Of a stretch of 7,491 nt of DNA, positions 7,421-7,491 are shown piece by piece. The stretch covers positions 1 to 7,491 of the forward strand of contig NW_021828863.1 in assembly GCF_006345805.1 (NCBI RefSeq), read 5' to 3'. The DNA comes from Octopus sinensis. Lineage: Eukaryota. How positions within the stretch are numbered: position 1 is the first letter of the stretch; each line of letters begins with the position of its first letter. A model generated the notes under the pieces. The model had not been told where the DNA came from. It searched no databases and saw only the letters and a program-made list of their open reading frames with translations. The position numbers and the translations under genes are program-made.

Positions 7421-7491
7421 GGCGTAGGCATGGTCAAGAAGCTCGCTTTGTAATCAAGGGATTTCAGGTTCAGTTCCACTGCACAGCACCT
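7421..7491 (+). mobile_element. Diverged head of a third copy of the 4162-4478 SINE family, cut by the window end
   Basis: GGCGTAGGCATGGT-CAAGAAGCTCGCTT...TTTCAGGTTCAGTTCCACTGCACAGCACCT aligns with 4162-4238 GGCGCAGGCGTGGCTGCGTGGTAAGAAGCTTGCTT...TTTCAGGTTCAGTCCCCTGCGTGGCACCT, with a deletion of about 7 nt in the A box. Confidence 0.8.

Noticed and set aside
1-7491. CRISPR array, prokaryotic operon or defence system
   Set aside because: No regularly spaced 25-45 bp direct repeats with unique spacers and no gene-dense coding; the composition is typical of metazoan non-coding DNA.

Overview
AT-rich, non-coding eukaryotic DNA (intergenic or intronic), most likely from an octopus (coleoid cephalopod), judged from SINE sequences I recognise from memory rather than from a search. 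Roughly 40% is microsatellite ((TA)n/(TG)n/(CA)n, (AAT)n, (AAC)n, (GAA/GAG)n, (AACC)n). I find no intact protein-coding gene; the supplied ORFs are microsatellite or repeat read-throughs. Informative content: three copies of one tRNA-derived SINE family (two of them head-to-head at 3511-4478), a second SINE with a V-SINE-like domain (7042-7317), a decayed 3' fragment of an R4/Dong-type restriction-like-endonuclease LINE (6698-7019) and another interspersed repeat (5953-6483), both embedded in (AAT)n tracts, and a 59-bp inverted repeat (4826-5125) with a hammerhead-like CTGATGA core suggesting a Penelope-like element. I see no convincing novel system. The best leads are the (TAA)n retroelement landing-pad cluster, the inverted repeat/ribozyme remnant and the inverted SINE pair as a possible dsRNA/ADAR substrate.
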